This document shows, piece after piece, positions 29,330 through 42,833 of a stretch of DNA of 64,000 nt. Within the stretch, counting starts at the first letter, position 1; each line of letters starts with the position of its first letter. The stretch is from Tubiluchus corallicola (taxonomy: Eukaryota > Animalia > Priapulida). The stretch lies in assembly GCA_030141605.1 (NCBI GenBank), contig JAQGDQ010000126.1, positions 62,001 to 126,000 of the forward strand, given 5' to 3'. The notes under the pieces were generated by a model that did no database searches, was not told where the DNA came from, and was given only the letters and a program-made list of their open reading frames with translations. The position numbers and the translations under genes are program-made.

Positions 29330-30810
29330 AAATCACCTGTTCCAAGAGGTTACAATTTAGGACTTCCATCCACAGGAGTCAGTTCTAGCCCCGATATTGT
29401 TTATCATTGCTGATATTTTTGATAACATGCATGACTGGATCTTTGCATGTGTCAAATATAGACCCGCAAACCTGTGTTAAAATTGCACGAAGCTGTTGCG
29501 ATGAGCTTTACAAATGGTGTCTGAAATGGCGATTAAAAATAAATATGTTACGTGGTTAAACAGAAGCATTGTTAACAGAGTAATGAGATGAAAATAACAA
29601 ACCAGATAATTTAAAAATTAGTAACAATGAAATATTGTTTGTTGAGGACAGCAAGCTTACTGTTAATCTGAAATTAACTTTTGCTAAACGAGGATAATGT
29701 TCATAAAAAGATAATTATGGTATAGACGGTTAAAAGTAAAAAACAGTTGCAGTAAATTTTCAGGTTTGCCACCATTGTAAATATTTAGAAAACTACTATT
29801 TTGCCGATTATACTGTATGGTGCTATTGCATGGTTAGTAAAAGCAGACCCCGCAGCAACTTTCATTATATCATACATTATATCTTCAAATACCGAAAGTT
29901 TTTTCAACCTAAAAAAACCTTTACCTAGTAAAAAAACTTTCGGTATTTGAAGATATAATCTATGATATAATGAAAGTTGCTGCGGGGTCTGCTTTTAAAT
30001 CAGATCGTTCTCAGATCGTACTAAATCGGAAATTGTGGTCTTCCACCGTTAGACATTGAATTAAATGTAATCGCTGTTAAATCTTGTCTCAAGACGCTAT
30101 ATCAGAATGCTGATGATTTAGTCAAACGAAAGATGCACGTCTGGCCGAAAGGCATGTTTATAAAAATATTATGTATATACATGTGCAGACTGTGAGGCAC
30201 TTTTTTAAAATTTGTGTGGACCGAAAACTTCGGTACCACAGATCTTGAAGAAATTCCCGAAAATATATTAAAATATACTAAACGTCATGTTATGGATTAT
30301 ATGACTCTTGTACATGGACAAATAAATATAGGCATGTCTTTTTTAACTGGCCAGGAGAATTTTAACAGCTTTTTGTATAGACTTAATATGAGTGATACTA
30401 GTTTATGTCCATGTGGAGAAGAAGAACGAACTCCTCAGCACATTTTATTCAGATGTAATAAAGTAGATAATACAAAAAGAATGCGTTTCATAGAAATAGC
30501 TAATGCCAATTATGCCCGTAATAGTATGCCTCAATCTGATAAAAATCTGATCAAGCTGATGTCTTTAACTAACCTGATCAGGGATAGTTATACTGAATAA
30601 ATGTTAATTTAGACCTGCTCGAGAATACAAAAATAAATTATGCATGTGGATAAAGTTAATTCATGTGTATAATACTTGACTCATTTGAAATTAAATCTAA
30701 TCTAGGTATTATATGTTATTTGTTGTACATAATGTGAAACTGGAAATACTTCAAATGTTATTTGTTATATGAGAAGTAAATTGTTGATCTGAGCCTGCAA
30801 AAAGAATAAA
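29330..30810 (+). mobile_element. I/R1-group LINE 3' portion (RT + C-terminal zinc finger)
   Basis: PQESVLAPILFI, KWCLKWRLKIN, ILPIILYGAIAW, CGLPPLDI; ORF 30214-30600 has FLTG...LCPCGEEERTPQHILFRC. Confidence 0.8.
29838..29997. repeat. 67-bp inverted repeat (1 mismatch) with 26-bp spacer
   Basis: 29838-29904 is the reverse complement of 29931-29997. Confidence 0.95.
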
Positions 30811-31989
30811 GTTTGAAAAAGTTTTATTATTATAGAAAAATCTGTTATACAGAAATTAATGACAAACTCATTAATTCTGGTTTCATAACATTGATTTGTT
30901 AGAGTGAACTGGATTTTTACACACTGACGGAAAGAGATGATATTTAGTTTTATACATGTATATAGCAGTTTTCATTTGTATTAAATCTTCAAAAGTTAAA
31001 ACGTTATTAGTTTTGAATCACGTTAAACTAAGATTCGATCTGTCTTTTTCTAAGATTACATTGGATAACTCGCAGCTTATTTATATTTATGTTAGTTATA
31101 TATGTATGTCCCGAAAGGAGTATTTCGGTGTTTTTTGTTATATTTATTACAACGTTTATCAGAGCCAATTTTATCATGTTTTGTTGATCCATATAAGATG
31201 ATATTGTTACGGAGGCACCTGTGTCGGGGCAGGTGTAGGGCCCTCAGCAGCGACTCACCCCTTTCTTGTACGTCGACGTCTTGTAGGTCCAGGCACGTGC
31301 TGCCACCTAGCATAATATTTTATTACAAACAACTCTTTCCAACGTTTTTGAAAAAAAGATAACAGCGAGATAGGCCAATAATTGTTAATTTCGGGAGAAT
31401 CTCTGAATATGAAGATGGGATGTAATTGATCAATTTAAATCAGAAAGGAACAATGCCAGTTTTAAGTGAATTATTAATAATGTATATGTCAGTGGGGCGA
31501 AATACCTTCAATTACTTTAATTAATTCAAATAATAACTTTAGGACGCAAATGTCTAACTGCCCCTTCATTTCGGTCAAATCACTTACACATATTTATAAT
31601 ATCAGATTCTGTGACAGTAGTATAAAAAAGGTAGCATTATCTCTTAAATAATTTCATAGTTGATATTAACATTTTCTATATTATTTGCCAATTTTTGTCC
31701 AATCTGCGAAAAATGGTCATTAAAATGGTTTATTATAGATTTAGGATCTGTGATTTATATATTATTAATTTTTAGACGAACTGAGCTTGGTTCGCGCCCG
31801 GAATGGAGTATTTCGTTCATAATTCCCCCACGCTATCTTTAAAGCATTTATCTTATTTTGATAAGGAGCTGATTTAGTTTGCGGTATTGTTTATAGTAGA
31901 TTACGGATGCGCTTGAGGTTCTTTTTATTAACGAATGATACATTTCATGTTTGCGTTTGATACTATAAGTACTGAAAATGGCCTATAGC

Positions 31990-32205
31990 ATCCTGCGTTA
32001 GGTGACAGATCGAGGGGTTTAGATTTCGAACTGCAACAACAGTCTTGAGTTCGAAACTACGGGATGCCAATGCCACGACATATGCCCTACATGCTATTGG
32101 TTATTTGTGTTGCGTCCTTACCTATATAGTTGTAAATGTAAGTCGCTAAACAGCCCTTAGTGTTAATGTTGTCTGTTAAATGAACGGCGGTAAATGAAAT
32201 GTTGT
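31990..32205 (+). mobile_element. tRNA-derived SINE, copy 1
   Basis: B-box-like GAGTTCGAAAC at 32047; tail tgtaagtcgct...gtctgttaaatga; aligns by eye with the reverse complement of 54278-54488. Confidence 0.7.
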
Positions 32206-35200
32206 CTTTGTCTTTTCTTATTATGGAATGGTCAGCACGTTTACACACACTTGCAACAGTTTGTGGGGTATTTCCCTTGATAGAATAACCATATTTATTA
32301 ATTTTTCATTGGTAAATTTATTTTTATTTATTTAGTAATCTTAAAGCTTTAATCGTAAAAGTAATCTTAAAGCTGAGTTTCCAATTTTTGACTATTTGGC
32401 ATTATGTTATCATAACTGTTAGCTTTGTTTGGTTTGATTGCACTCGTCTAGACTACATGTAATTTCTTTGAAGCAGATGTGCGATCACTCGATTTAAAAT
32501 TTCCGCGCAGCTTTTATAGTTTTTTTCATAGGGATTTATGATTAGGCTCCGGTCTTGATACCGCAAGATTCGTAATTTGAACTCTAGCTGCGAGCTAGTA
32601 CTGTAACGTGCGCTGTTATAAACTGTTCACTCACGCCACAGTAGCCATGCATACGTTTTCAAAAATACGCAATACTGAATATCTGCTCTTGATCGGCTAT
32701 TTGCCATACATGCAAAAACATGACTCCGTGTCCAATACAATAAGAGCTGAGACTGAGTGACAAAGCCGTTTGCTCCAATTTTGACTCGTGTATCTCAAAG
32801 CTTTGAACATCCAAGCTTCTTAAACCCAAAGAGCACGTCCACCCCACGGTACCTAAATATATTAAAAGTTTATTTAAAAGTCCTAGTAGGAGTTGCACGT
32901 TCAAAGCCGTTGACCCTGTTTTTCACATTTCGGCTGCTATCTCGTCCTTACAACGAATGCCGGCTTTAAAAAAACCATGTACAAGTCTACCCCACATTAA
33001 ATACGTGTGAAAAATGCTCAAACTCAAAGCCTTAGATACTGTTCAATCGAAAATCTTCTATCTGGAACCACTATTACTGTCTACTATCTATCGAATTCGT
33101 TATGCTTGATTACCCAGCAATTCAGCTAGTGGCTAACGAAAAATAAATGACAAGCTCTTTCTCGGGTCAAACGTAAACATAGTTCCCTTTACCTAGAGAA
33201 TGTGTCCTGTTAGTTTTCTGTTCCTAGTCCTCTTCTCTCTAAAAAGCCACCGAAAGTGGTACCTTACCCGGATTTTGCATTTTACCCCTACTCGAAAGTT
33301 TAAAGCTTTAAAGTTTTTTAAAATCTCACTAGCATATCTACTTATTTCTAGGTGCGTAAAGACAGCTTCTAGTAAGGTTTATCCTAGAACAAAATGGCGT
33401 TGTTGTTGAAAACGGGACAGCATTAATATCAGTTACAGATTGACCTTGATGACCACATCAGTGTCCATTCACATCATTTCATTTGCATCTAGATATTGGA
33501 TGTGGAGAGGAAAGTCGATTGCAACTCCTCAGTTACTCCTGAATCATCGATCCTAGAAGAAAACTGTGTTAGAATGACTGATAGGAAAGTGCACTCTATA
33601 GATCCAAAATTTTGTCACTTTTCAATCACGACATTCTAACGCATTAAGAGCATCACTGTTTCCTTCATTACTCTTGAGAATTTTGCCGTTTAAGTGGCAG
33701 TGGCAAACCAGCCCAAGGAGAGAAGCTCCGGCATTAGCGGGGCTCATCATTGCGGCAATGTGTCATACCGATGCCAACTGCAGGACTTAAATGAGACATG
33801 AGCCCAGGAGAAGAAACCAGTTGTAGCCCAGAAAGCAGCAGATCGAAAGGACTTGTCTGGTTAGGACGAACTCGTCCAGGCATACTACATGTGGCTGAGA
33901 CGACAACAGTGGTCACTGGAAATGGGTTAGTCCAGTGGATACAAAGCACGACACATAGGCAAATTCAATGGAGAGAGTCCAATGAAAAAGTTCTACGTCC
34001 CACTGCCATAGAGCAAAATCAACATCACACGGGTGTCCAGTATATGGAGTTTGGTCATTAGGCAGATGTTGCAGCTGGACCAAACCTTCACCTGGCGACA
34101 AAAGTGCTCTTTGCGCCAGCTGGAGGAGACTCCTATTTCAGATTTGGAAGAGAACTGATTTCCGAGGGAAGGTGGCAGAATCTGAAACAGAACCTGAAGA
34201 GAAGTTCAATTGCAATTTGTTCTAGTTACTTGCTATCTTTAACTCTTTGCCCTCTTGCTATATTTGCGAAAAAAAAAAGAAAAAAACGCTAGGAGTTATT
34301 TCATAATCATAAAACTGATCAGTGCACTTGATCCGTTGACCAGAGGTTACACACTGTTGCCTTTCCACTGCCCAGGCTACTTCACTCAGTGAGTTCAGCG
34401 AACCTAGCTTTTACGCTTTTGCAGTTATTATCAAGTGCAACAACTGAAACATTTCAAGATTTCTCTATTGAGTTTTGCCCTTTTCAAGAACTCTGTTTCT
34501 CCCCATCACTGCAAAACGTTACAGCTTTTGTAGAAAATATGATTAGACAGTATACAATTGAAGATCAATAACACTCAACTATACTCAAAAGCAAACTTGT
34601 ATTTTATTATTAAATCCCATTCACGTTATTAATAATTCTAAGTTTTCATGCAAAATTTATTAAGGCCTATTATGTCTACAATGAATAAACTCTTCGCTGG
34701 CAATTATTATTTAACAAAAGCAGACAGAAACATGAAGGCATTCATGAATACTAAAAGAAAAAACGTTTACAATTCTTTGTAAATATTGCATATGTCATAA
34801 AGAGATCATACAAAACGATTATAATTATGCCGCATTTCTAATCCTAATAACACTACTGTGCAACTTGAATGTTAAATTCAAGGTCTGCAAACAGTTCTGC
34901 GATAATTTTGGAAAAAGAGAAAATTATTCAAATACTCTCAATTAAGATAAATGCCTCTTAAGTGCATGCCAAATAAATGAAAGTGAAATCACTCATAATA
35001 TACTAGTGGTGCAAGAAATTAAATAAAAACATTGTTTGGACTGTCAGAACACAGCCACAATAATCTTAACATTCACTTAGCCGTGTACAAGAAAAAACTG
35101 CAATGTATTAAGTACAAAGAATACCAACATTTGTTCAGTTTATAGGAACTTTATGGCACTCGGATGAGAGACATAGCTATCACATATTAGCTGAAGATCA

Positions 35201-37689
35201 CATCATACATGTTATCACAAAACACGCAAGTGGAGTACGTTAAAATGTAATGTCAGGGGAAATTGCAAAGCTAATAAACGTTGTTTTTACACTGCAATTA
35301 TTCTACAACTTACAGGTGATGGCGTTAACCGTTAATAGTCATCTATATAACACGTGTCACAACAACATGGAAAGTAACTCTGTGAAGAAAAATTGGCAGT
35401 TCAAAATTTCACAGAAACCACATGTTAGATCAGTAGTGAAAGAACGAACGCTTGCATTTGATTGCAAATTTATAGAGCTGTAATGTTTTGTACAAAAAAT
35501 ACATTTATTTAAAACTCATGCTGATTAACAATAAGAGCTGATTTATGACAGCGTTCTAAATTTCTAAGATATTTCCTAATTATCTTGCACATGAAAAACT
35601 TACTAAGCTACTAAATTTTTATTTTCACAATTCTTCCTCTAATTAAAACCATGACCGCTTTTAATTGAAAACATTTAGTAATTTAGAACAAAAAGCTTTC
35701 ACAAAATTCTTTTGAATGCAACTAAAGAAAGCTTACAAAAACAGAGTGAACATATTACTTGGTGTGCAACTGACACAAAGCTTACAAATTGCTAAACAAT
35801 CGACAGATTTAGATAAGAAAATTAAAAATTAACGAATTTTACTTCACCTATATAGTCACATTGATATTTGTGCAGCCTTCTATATTTGAAAAATTGGAAA
35901 CTAGACTAGGTAATGAAACATTCATTAATAAAGTGATCGCGTTTTCATGTAGTTATTCAAGATTTTTAAGTTTTCAACTAAAATAAATTGATTCATTGAA
36001 TGAATTATACAATCATTGGATTTTCATACTGACTCATTCTGAGCTACTGGGCATATTAGTTGAAACAGAGTATAATGGCTAATGCAAGGGAGAATTGATT
36101 ACAAAGGACAAAAATGTTGTTTCACAGTTTAGTAAATTCAAGAGTTCATGGGTGCACAAAGACTGGTATGCAAAAAAGAAAAAAGGTTAGTTGGACAAAA
36201 GTTAATGGCTGGTTGGCAAAATATCATTTGCAAATACAAAGTGAACATTTAAGTCAAGTCAAAAAGTCAGCTTCGAAAAGACATACATATTAAAGAAAAT
36301 ATAAAGGAAAGTTAAGAAAGCAAGTGCAAAGGATAAGATAAGACCCAAAACTAAGCTTGTTACACAAAATGTGGGCAAAACAAAGCAAAACTAAGCATGG
36401 CAGAATTATTGCCAGATGAAGTGAAAGGGCTACTAGAACTTAAACAAAATACATTATTACATAAAAAAATTATAAAGGTCAATTTAATGATAACTGAAGC
36501 TGAAGATGATATAGAGGTCGAAAAATTCTGAGTAGTGTGGATATTTTTAAATAAATTTAATACTTTCGTCTATGCATAAATTGGAGTTTGTGAAAAAAAG
36601 ACAACAAGACTGAGCATCTGCAAGGCCATCATGTAAGAAAGATAAGTTCAAGATTGACAAAGCAAGTAAAAAGTATCTCATAAATGCACTGCCAAAAGAC
36701 AATAAGTTAGAGTTCAATAAAATTTTTATATGGCGAGTCCAATGCATTTCAGCATATTTGTCAGTAATAATGGTAATGGTAGCCTGGCTGTAGTTTCACG
36801 AGTTCACGATGTAATTGGTGTTTAACCAATGAATATCTTGATTAATTTTAGGTCTTGGCCAGTGTGTTAATGTGTTGAAACATGTATGATTCATCAAACA
36901 AAGATTTTGGTGAATTACTCAAGTAAACAGTTTAAAAATGATTAAATCAGAAGATCCAAATTTGCCAAGGAAATTACTAGGAGTAAAGAATGGCAATGGT
37001 CATGAGGAAGAGTACCAAAGATAAAAATTGCAGAAAGAAGAATAAAGGAAAATAAAAGAACAGTGTTAATTAAAGTGTCACTTGTGTCTCACACATGCGC
37101 AGAGTGCATATTTTAGTGTAGATACTATGGAAACAACAAAACAGTCAATTATACTTCTACAAGTATTAATCAGCTGCCCAGATGAATAAATTTGCCTAGG
37201 ACTTTTGTACTGTAGCTGTCTGTCCATAATTTTGCCATAAAGATGTTAGTTCAACTGTCAAGTGACCTATCACCTCAGCTATTAAAACAGGAAACAGCCT
37301 TGAATATGCAGAAAATGTAAATTCTCACCACATTCTGCTGATTATTACCAAACTTACCAATCAGCATACTAAAAAAAACTATATGCATACAAGAGCAATG
37401 TTTGAAGGCAAAATCTTTTTGCATCAGGATACTGAATAAGGTAGTAAAAGCTATATTATAATTACAGTCAAACTTCATTACAATGCCCCCCCCCCCGTCA
37501 ATGTTGCTTAATGCCCAATTTTTAGCCAAACAAAATGTCTATATTTGCATGGTCATGTACATGGTGTCTGTTAATGCACGTCAATAATTCTAAACTTACT
37601 AAACGCCAAGTTTTTCGCACTTCCAAAGTTGGGGGTATAAAGAGGTTTAACAGTATATTAGAAAATACAGTTTGGCACTGTCCAAGCTA

Positions 37690-37915
37690 AAATTCATCAC
37701 TCAAAGGCAGGGCCAGCTTGATGTAGATGGTTGTGACATGAGGGATACCCGTCCCATTATACCTATCGGGTTATCAAGGATATCTAATGTGCCAAAGAGT
37801 ACACATACCCACTCAATGAGTTAAACAGCTGAAGATGGATTGGCAGACATTGTACAGAGACAGTTTCCAGGTGGTCACCCTCTCTTTACAGACAAGACTA
37901 GACGTGCTTAACTTT
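37690..37915 (-). mobile_element. 5S rRNA-derived SINE (SINE3-like) relic
   Basis: Minus strand aagttaagc...agggtgaccacctggaaa matches the 5S rRNA box A to box C segment; the rest is non-5S body. Confidence 0.55.
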
Positions 37916-38276
37916 TATTGCTAAACAATAGTAGTATCACTCAATTACATTTCATGCCCTTAATTAATGTGCACACAAAAGTTACAAAACAGTAACAAGT
38001 GATTAGTTACAAAAATTAACTAGTAAATGATTAAATGAAAAGTATGGCAGCATGTTAAATATTGTTTACATTATTCTAACAAATAACTGACCTAAATTAA
38101 ATTACAAAATAAACTTGATAGGCTGAGTAACACATATAGGAAAACAAACTTTAGAAAAATAACGTCAATGATTCAAAAAACAACAGACTAACAATGTTAT
38201 TAACTAAGGAATGATTTCAAGAAAAATTAAATTTACTTACATAATTTATATAAAGCGTATAAATGTATGTGTTTGT

Positions 38277-38335
38277 ATAGATATATCTATCTATCTATCT
38301 ATCTATCTATATATATATATATATATATATATTGT
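38277..38335. repeat. (ATCT)n/(AT)n microsatellite
   Basis: Read directly. Confidence 0.9.
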
Positions 38336-39593
38336 ATATAGATATTATAGTTTTTGTACACACAATCACAGTCTATTACGGAAACAAGTCATAACTTCTG
38401 AATTAATAATACAAATCACATGCAGTAAAGTTCTTAATAAAATGTATGACTTAATAAAGAAAAATCAAAATAGTATAAGGAATTTTTCAATACTGAAACA
38501 AAATGGAAAAAATCTTTTATAATATATTTAAATTGATCAATAATATAATGACATCATGCGATCATGCAAGCTTCAAATACTTTAACAATAACATGTTTCT
38601 ACATCATTTACCTTCTTTTCCTTTTTTTTTAAATACTCCAATGAATATGTTACAAACACGGAAATCCGTTCCTAACTTGATACAAAACATGAAAACATAG
38701 AACAAACATACAAAATGTTATAGGGTAGCTACTACATCCCATTTCCGGACAAACAGGATAAAAGACTTTTAATGGAACTGTTGCATAAATATATCATCAT
38801 GTGACTGCATTATCCAACTGAAATTACAGTATGACAGCAAAATTATAGTTGCAATCACTATAAATTACAAGCTGCATAAAGTAACTTCCGTTTCATCTGA
38901 AGATAAGTAATGTAACTGAAGGAAGGTTACAAGACAAAATGCTATTTACATCATTGAACCTAGTTGTAAAGTTATGGTTCACTATTGTTAAACCAAAAAC
39001 CCATTTCAATTCTGACAGCAAGCATAAAAGTATTTCTCCATAACATTTTGGTCCATAAAAAAGCTGTCGCATTAAATGTGCGGGCGAAAAGTGAAAAATT
39101 TTACAAGAACCATAACGCTTTGCCTCTCAATCAAAATTACTTAAATCTGTCAAATGCTGATTGATGCGTTAGTTAGGCGGACAGGCTCACAAAACAATAT
39201 GCAGGAAAGTTAATAAATTAACTAATTTTTTAGTAATTCAAAAATCTTCATAATTATTTTTTTCAAAACTACAAATGCTATTAAGGCAAAATTAGAAAAA
39301 CTCTCAAATCATGGAAAAACTTCTTTACTTACATAACTATGAAAACACATTCAGAACCTTTATTGCTCTTTTTGGTCATAAAGACATTGCCTAATGTGTA
39401 ATTTCTATCACTCAAACAGCAAAAAATTTCACCAAACAAAGATGAGCAGAAAGCCACCTCACATCCATAAAATGACAGACAATAAGAAAGCCAACCCTTA
39501 TCCACACACTATTCATGCAGCAGTGTAGCTGTTACTTAAATTACAGGATTACTACTCTATCAACTCAACCATGGAAAATCATCACAAACTTTA

Positions 39594-39662
39594 CTACTGA
39601 CTTTTCTTCTTTTTCATATTAATTGGAGATGCTGGCTCCAGTGGCAGCTCTGTGAACATCAC
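39594..39662 (-). CDS. MCTP: MCTP terminal coding exon (VMFTELPLEPASPINMKKKKSQ*)
   Basis: Acceptor ttttttttacag, phase 0, in frame with the previous exon; TAG followed by TAA; resembles the basic C-terminus of MCTPs. Confidence 0.85.
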   Translation of the reverse strand: MMFTELPLEPASPINMKKKKSQ

Positions 39663-42600
39663 CTGTAAAAAAATTGTTTAAAAGTACAGTAACTTAACGT
39701 CTAACATGATTCGTCTTAATGATTGTTTCTACATATTTTGAAGAAAATGAAAAACACTGTGACAAGACAGTGTGGGTAGGATATATGCCATAAGTGTTAA
39801 CAAATGTGCATTTTGTGCCAAGTTTTTGCAATTCGGCATGTTGTTAGGTATGATCACAAAGGTTCCAAAAACTATCGCCAACAAGTTGGAGGCAACCTCT
39901 GGTAACCGGTTTTTGCAAAAATGGCCGCTGCTGAATGACATAAATGCTGCATTTTTTATCTTGCTCGAACTACATGATTATACAATATGCAAATTTAAAA
40001 CCATTTTTAAAGTCGTAAGTTAATTTTTAAAACCAACTCAAGCTGACAAACCATCAAATAAGCGGAATTTAACACCACCCACTCAACATCATCCACATTA
40101 CACCACCCACATTACACCACACCTGTCAAAAACGCTTAATTTTATTATGAAAAATGGTTGATTTTTATTTTTCAAAAATATTTTATCTGATTTTAATGAT
40201 TTAATTGAATGTTTTTAACTTTTTAACTTTACGTAAAAAGTTTCAATAGGCAGGAGAGCAAAACTTGGCTGACTGAATGTCCTGAATTCAATTAGTTTCA
40301 TATTTTCGACACAAACAAATACTAAATTGAGTTTAATTAGGAGCAATTTTCTAAATGTACGTACTTTTAGTTTTATATCGAAAACAAGAACAAGTAATTA
40401 AAATATGCACATAATTACTGATGAATATTACATTTTTACGATGACGATGAAACAAGAGTAATTAGTACATGTTTAGTAATAAAGGTTTACTGGTCTATTA
40501 TAAGAGGCCTACGTTTTAGTAAATAGTAAAGAAATTACAATATGACTAAATTACGACATGATTACATTAAATGTATACGTTAAGTCTAATACAAAAAGAC
40601 TTTAGATATACCTATTATACTATGTCCATGGTCATATTCGATAATGAGCAAAGGAGCAACATAACGATTGTCAGCACTATGTGACTCCTGGCTAGCTAGC
40701 CTTTGGCACAGAAAAATTACTATATATATAGATCCATGAAAGAAGCCTAATTCAGCTAATTACATGGCCAATTGAGCACAATGCCAGCTATACTATAGAC
40801 TTGAAAGACAATTACATGGTTAATTGATTAGGATGCAAATTTAATGCTACCTTTACATTCAAGTTTGCAAGGGCAGATCCATGCAAACAGGGTAAAAAAA
40901 CAACTCGAGACATACTGTCGCAGTTCTCGACAACATCACCCACACCACACCACAGCATGATGATGGTGATGATGATAAAGATGATGTGAATGATGACCAT
41001 AACGATGGCATCTGCAACATGATGCCATCACTAACATTGTCAACTCAGTAGCATAGCGAAACCACGCAAAACATTTTCTGCATAGTTGAAAACGTGTGCT
41101 ATGACAAATGCTAATAGACCCTCCACCAATGATCAATAATGCAAAGACATTCTACACAGCGTTTGCAAACTGCTCCTTTTGATCATTATAGAATAACATT
41201 ATAACACTTAAATCATATTATAACAGCCAACAGTAGCTTTTACTGTGGCAAAATCATAGGCAAAGTACAATGGAATGATGTCAGAACAATGCAAAATGTC
41301 AGCAGTTTTTTAAGCAAAAATCGCACGAAATGGAACTTCTAACCAACTCGTCATAGCTCCTCTTGGAGCAGGCGTCCTAAAATGTAACCCACATCACGGA
41401 GTAGCCCTATTTCTCTTCTGTTCAGAGAGCTATGTATTTCCTTCCAAGAGTCCCAGCAGGTGCCACTAGAACATTTTGCTGCAGGCTGTTTGGTCAAAAT
41501 TTTGAAAAAATCAGGAAAACGCACGTTACAGGACGAAGTGGCCCTCCCGTGAATTATAAATACGCCTACTACAGCCAATATTGAACGGGCTATACAAGTA
41601 TTACAAGCACCACCCTGGCCCATTCCCGACCTCTAGAAATAAGAGGTATAAATTTTGCAAAAAAACAGGCAAAAAAGGTCCACGTTTGGAGGTTTTTCGC
41701 CGCTGTTCATCCCGGTGGGCCTGATTAAAAAAATAAACCCCCAATGGTAAAGGACTGGATCGAGACCTATTTCGTTTGGTGTATAGATTGCCGAAAAAGT
41801 GCCGTCCTGGGAGTTGTAGCCACGAGTTATATATATATATATATATCCAGATACCAATGAAATTAATATATACCAATGAGAATGCAGAATCATGAGGACG
41901 TGTGAAATAATAATATAATGAGCAGAGGGAAAATATAGAATTATGTATATTGTAGTTTGTTACAGGTATATAACATTGAATAGGACTGATGAGTAAAATG
42001 CAAAAATGTAGTGGTTGTATGCAAAACTATGCCATGAAATGAAAATTATAATTGAGCTGCACATAGACATTCAGTCATGAAAGTGTGGTGCATTGTGAAT
42101 TATTTGAATTAGAGTTTATTAAATGAATTAACAGTATAGGTCTACTACACGGGGAACTGACTGAGATGTATTCAAACAGCCTATCATAAATGACATCGAC
42201 ATAAAAACATGAATGTAGAACTGCAGAATGTATAAGGCGAAGAACATATATAAATATAGACTTGGTTACACATTTGGTTAACTTTGCAACAGCTACGTTA
42301 TAAGTCTTAACATCTTCAAGGCTTTTGGTTGTGATAAAATCTGCAGATGTGGCTAAGACCATATCAAAAAGTGGGAAGCCTATATAGTTGCTGAAAATAT
42401 CAAATTCTTAATGCTACTCTTTCATTATTGCAAAACAACCACTTGAACTTGTACAGTGTACTGTAATCTGGTGCCTCAGCTTGTTATCTAAACCTTCTTG
42501 ACAGACTGATATGCGAATATGTATGCAGTCCTGCAGTTTCTTAACCAATGAAACTCAGTTGCTATTAAAAATCTTTTATCACTATTTGATTTGGAAGACG

Positions 42601-42735
42601 CTTCTAGTTCCTCAAGTCACTTGTTCCGAAGTGCCGATAGTTTGCTCACACTACCTATTTCACTGCTGCTTCTCATATAGTTTTAACCTGCACTATTTTT
42701 TACTACTATAAATAGAATTTTTTCAGAGAATTTAC

Positions 42736-42833
42736 CTTTTCTTGGTCATCAGGCACCCGTGAGAGAAAATCTAGTAGTTCATTGTTAGGAATTGCATTTG
42801 GAGCACGCAGCTTCTTAGTGAACTTATTAATTC
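42736..42833 (-). CDS. MCTP: MCTP exon ([33 protein letters not shown])
   Basis: cag/gtaaat boundaries, 98 nt, phase 1-0; hallmark [12 protein letters not shown]. Confidence 0.96.
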
